A stretch of 64,000 nucleotides of DNA. It comes from the human T2T-CHM13v2.0 reference genome, Homo sapiens. Below, piece after piece: positions 57,974-64,000 of the stretch (position 1 is the first letter of the stretch; each line of letters starts with the position of its first letter). The stretch is from NCBI RefSeq assembly GCF_009914755.1, contig NC_060931.1; one strand, 5' to 3'. The translations under genes and the position numbers were made by a program. The notes below the pieces were generated by a model, which was given only the letters and a program-made list of their open reading frames with translations, did no database searches and was not told the DNA's origin.

Positions 57974-58577
57974 TCAGCACAGAGGCCAGACCTGCAGCGG
58001 TGCTCTCCTGGGCATGTCGAGGCAGGGCAGAGGAAGGTTCTAGTGGGGCTGGTTGTAAGCAGAGAATTTTGTGGGCTCTCGGCACTTCCTTCCCTTCCTC
58101 TAGCGGTCTTTCCACACTTGCGTAACTGCCTGGCCAAGGGTACTTGTCCTGTGGACACCCTGAGCCCCTGGCTGTGATCTTTCAACTCTCCTCCTGTGGC
58201 CTCCCAAGACCCTGTTATGTTCCCTCAAAGTGCTCTGCAGACAGGAGGTATCCAGCAAGTTTGTTGGATGAGCAGAGGCAGGAAGCGCTCTGAACTTGAG
58301 TTTGACCTTGTAATGACCTCTGTAAGCAGGCTTACAGCCTTTTTTCAGGATGACATAGGATTTTTTCCACTTTTTATTTATTATTATTATTATTATTATT
58401 TTTTTTTTTGTAGAGACGGGGTCTCGAGATGCTCCTCGGCCTGGTCTCAAGCTCCAGTATCAAGTGGTCCTCCCACCTCAGCCTCCCAAAATGCTGGGAT
58501 TACAGGCATAAGCCACTGTGTCTGGCCAGGATTTAATTTAATGCATGGATGAAACAAGGTACCAAATAATTTTTTTA

Positions 58578-58964
<387 letters not shown>

Positions 58965-60184
58965 CTAAAAATGTTTGTATTGTGAAATATGTAGAAAACC
59001 ACATCTCTTACCTAATTATTATAAAGGAGACAGCTGGTGAACCATCACTGGGTGTTAGAACAATACCAGGGCCCCAAGAATTCCCCCACGTCCCGAGTGC
59101 TAATAGGAAGGGCCCCCCGCACCCCGCCGCCCTGCCCTACGTCAGGCACTATTCTAGGTGCTTTCTATTTATGACCGTATCTTCTCCTCACAAGGAGGCT
59201 GTCAGGGAGTGGGTACAATTTTCCCCACTTCACAGATGGGAAAACAGAGAGGAAAACAGATTGCCACAGCTGGTATATGCAGAACTGGGATTTGTTTTGT
59301 TTTTGTTTTGAGACAGAGTCTTGCTGTGTCACCCAGGCTGGAGTGCAGTGGCGCAATCCTGCCTCACTGTAACCTCCGCCTCCCTGGTTCAAGAAATTCT
59401 GTGCCAGCCTCCCGAGTAGCTGGGATTACAGGCTCGTGCCACCACGCCCGGCTAATTTTTGTATTTTTTGTAGAGATGGGGTTTCACCATGTTGCCCAGG
59501 CTGGTCTCGAACTCCTGACCTCAAGTGATCTGCCTGCCTCGGCCTCCCAAAGTGCTGGGATTACAGGCATGAGCCATCGCGCCAGGCTAGAACCGCGATT
59601 GAACTTGGGCAGTCTGGACCCAGGCCCATGATTTAACTGTTGCACTCTCATGCCTTGCCCTTGAACAATGTGAATGAATGAATGAATGAATGAGTGGGGG
59701 TAGGGGGCTCATGAGGAAGGCTCTCACCTCAAGCCAGGCTGGCAGGGAGTGGGGGCTTCCAGGTCTGAGCTGCCAGTCCTGGCCTTTTTCCAAATGTCAC
59801 CTTCTCCGCCCTCAGGCCACTTGGCTTTCCCCAGATGGGCTGAGCTCGCTATTTCTTTAACCAGGAAATCCCCAAGGCCAGGCCAGTGGGTACCATATCA
59901 GGAGAAAGGCGACTTGGCATCAGGGCATGGGACCCACGCAGTGCCCTCTGGGACATTTTATCAGGAGAGGGAATCTAGCAGTTCCCAGGACTGGAGCAAA
60001 TCAGCCTTTGGGTGGGACAGTTCTTTCCCAGATCTAACCTAAGCCTCTCCTGCTGCCTCTTCTTGAGCGAGTGACAGCCAGGATCCATCCCCTTGGACAG
60101 CCCTGGGTGACCGTCTCCTGGGCCAGCCCACAGGACCAGCTCTCCCTCCTGCCTAGGGCAGCAGGATGGGCCCCAAGGTACCTA

Positions 60185-60586
<402 letters not shown>

Positions 60587-60804
60587 TCAGGGACCTGCCC
60601 TTGGGAGACTGTCCCAGGACACACCTGAACCACACCCCTGGGAATTCCCTTCTCCCCTAGACCTGATCTCCAGCCCTTGGCCTAGGGACACAAGAGAATG
60701 GGCTCCAGGCCCCAGGCATTCAACTCAGGGGAGTCAGACGGAGACCCAGGCCCCGTGGGGAGACGTGCAGGCTGACGGCTGAGCTGTGCACGTGGCTGAA
60801 GCTC

Positions 60805-60885
60805 CCTGAGCCTCTGTCTTTTCATCTGTGAAATGGCACTGACCACTGTACCCACTTCATGGGCTGCCGTGAGGATTAAATAGGG
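60805..60885. mobile_element. MIR core fragment
   Basis: ctgagcctctgtcttttcatctgtgaaatgg...gggctgccgtgaggattaaat. Confidence 0.65.
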
Positions 60886-62539
60886 TCAAGTACTAGGGTG
60901 GCAAACGTTGGCCATCACCAGATGCAAACTGCGCAGGGGCTGCCTCCAAGGTGCGGGGCAGGGAAATTGCCAGGTAGGAGGCAGGGAGGCTTCTTGCTGT
61001 TTAAATTGAGCTTTGAATGAAGAAAATGTCACATGAAGGACAGCAGGCACCCCAAGTTGCTGGGACCACCGGCCCGGGGCTCTGACAGTGGAGCAGTCTC
61101 ATGATGTCCCTTGGAGAGCTTGTCTGGGTGTGGTGCAGCTGTGTGGGTGGCCTGGAAGCCTTCCCTGACACGGCCAGGCTGACAGTAACCAAGCCCATGG
61201 ACAGGCTGGGTCTGTCCCCACTGCACTGCACTGTGGCTTCTGGCCCAGCTCCAGGCACGACATGGGCCCTCATCAAATATGCACCACAGGAATGGGGACC
61301 TTCCAAGCCAGCCCCACCCCCCGCGGGAGCCCCACTTCTGTGCTCAGGGGCCCAGTTGCCCTCTGCCACCCAGGAAGGCTATAAACTCCGCAGTGCACCA
61401 CCACCCCCAGGGGCTTTGGTGAAATTTTTTTTTTTTTTTTTTTTGAGGCAAAGTCTCACTCCGTTGCCCAGGCTGCAGTGCAATGGCGCAGTCTCGGCTC
61501 ACGGCAACCTCCAACCTCCTGGGTTCAAGCAATTCTCCTGCCTCAGCCTCCTGAGTAGCTGGGATTACAGGTTTCCGCTACCACACCCGGCTAATTTTTG
61601 TATTTTTAGTACAGACAGGATTTCTCCATATTGGCCAGGCTGGTCTCGAACTCCTGACCTCAGGTGATCCGCCCGCCTCGGCCTCCCAAAGTGCTGGGAT
61701 TATAGGCGTGAGCCACTGCACGTGGCCGATGGTGATTTCTGTACACTTGAAACAAATTTCAGTAATGAGGAAATCACATCCTAAGCACCAGCCAGTCACT
61801 GGGTCTGGAGTGGCCGTTTCCACATCTCCCCAGCTCCAAGCAGCACAGTGAAGTCAGTGGTGGTGCGGTCCCTCTGGGACTCACTGAGGGTCAGGCCCCT
61901 GTGCCACTTCCCAGGAGAGATCTGGGACAGTCGCTAAGTCACACAGGCCTGGAGTTGGGGGCGGCACACCTGCAGACAGGTGGGACCTGTAGACGTGGCT
62001 TTCTCGGTGAGGGGTTACCCAGGCGCAGAGGCACCGCAGAGCCCCATCATGCAGGAGGGCAACCTTGTCACCTCCATGGGACTGAAGCTCATCTTCCGCG
62101 GGCCAGAAAAAGAAACTTGGGGCTGTGGTGTCAACACTTGCCACAGCTTCCTGAACATGCACCCCAGGTTCCCTGTTCCGGCCTTGTCTTTTTGGAGACC
62201 TGCAGTGACTGCTGTTTATCCAGGGGTTTCCCCTGAAGGGTGTGGGCACCATACAGGAGGGGACAGTTTTAGTGTCAATCGGGACAGGAGTTCAACAGGT
62301 CCTTTGGATGCAGCTAGAGCTAGACCTTCTCAGCCTGTGGCATTTGGGGCTCTGGGAGGTGTGCCCTCTGCTCTGTCGCTGGCCCTACCTGTGTCCACCA
62401 AATCGCCCTCACACCTCTGGAGGGGTCCTCCTGGGTGGGTCCTTACTGCTTTATGTAGCCTGAGGAACGAGCAACCTTGAGCCCCCGCAGGAAGCGGATG
62501 CCACAGCAAGCCCTGCTATTGCTTCTGGGGAGGAAGTCA

Positions 62540-63087
<548 letters not shown>

Positions 63088-63123
63088 TCACCGATGGGCC
63101 ACTAGGCCCCTAGGGACCTGTGA

Positions 63124-63294
<171 letters not shown>

Positions 63295-64000
63295 TAGTAG
63301 AGACGGGGTTTCACCGTGCTAGCCAGGATGGTCTCGATCTCCTGACCTCATGATCCGCCCGCCTCGGCCTCCCAAAGTGCTGGGATTACAGGCCTGAGTC
63401 ACCGTTCCCGGCCAGGGACCTGTGATTTCTACAACTGGCTGAAAGCTGCATCCAGTCTGCCCTGTGAGCCAGGTGAGTGGGCAGCCGTGGGTGAAGTACA
63501 GAGAGCCAGAGCTCCCTTCCCACCGTGGATCCAGGCAGGATCTGAACTCCAGGCAGGGGAAGTGATGCTTTTGAGAGTAAAGAAAGGCCCCACAGCCCTG
63601 TTTGCGGTCATCCCCCTGGACTCGCAGGTCTAAGGACAGGGACAGCGGCCTCCAGGTCACCTCCATTCCTAAAATCCGTCCCCTTCCTCTTTCCCCATCA
63701 TAGGGAAACTGAGGCACTTTGGGAGAACATCAGATCCTCAAAACACATCCAAGTCCAGAAACTGGGGCTTCCATTTAGGAAGATGAGCAGCGACCTTCCA
63801 GAAGATGGAAGTGGTTACTGGGCAGTGACTTTCCAAAAGATGCCCCTTTGGTGTGTAACAATTATCTGCCCCCGAATGGTCAAGCCCACCAGGTGCCTTG
63901 AATTTACTAAGACCAGCACTTAGAGTGTAATGTGGAAACTAGAAAGGCCTGGTCCCTCGATCTTCCTCTCTGGTGGAACTTTTGGTCTTTGGAGAAAAAA

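Noticed and set aside
61881-62480. Possible GTF2I-pseudogene exon or novel coding exon (166-aa ORF)
   Set aside because: No I-repeat similarity, non-ATG start and no convincing splice-site pair; any GTF2IP copy would lie beyond the window end

Overview
Alu-saturated human genomic DNA that matches block B of the 7q11.23 (Williams-Beuren) segmental duplications. Two genes lie tail-to-tail about 6.8 kb apart. (1) On the + strand are the last 12 exons (5085-~31770) of a GTF2IRD2-family gene: two TFII-I I-repeat modules spliced in frame to a 1.6-kb terminal exon derived from a hAT/Charlie8 transposase. The BED-like zinc finger and the first D and E of the DDE triad are kept; the second catalytic Asp is replaced by Thr. 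(2) On the - strand is a complete 11-exon p47phox copy (~53915 to ~38590) carrying the pseudogene signature: delta-GT at the start of exon 2, TG at -122 of intron 1, the 20-bp duplication in intron 2, and His90. If the window is in reference orientation, this arrangement is GTF2IRD2B + NCF1C. The locus is well studied and I found no wholly new gene system. The most interesting fine-structure observations are: a cryptic intron-1 acceptor that would restore the reading frame only in the delta-GT allele; other frame-rescue routes for an otherwise intact pseudogene; a templated-insertion scar beside the diagnostic 20-bp duplication; an Alu flanked by a ~40-bp duplicated palindrome just upstream of the transposase exon; a trimeric Alu; and a 36-bp tandem duplication carrying two NBRE motifs. 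Repeat subfamily calls were made by eye.
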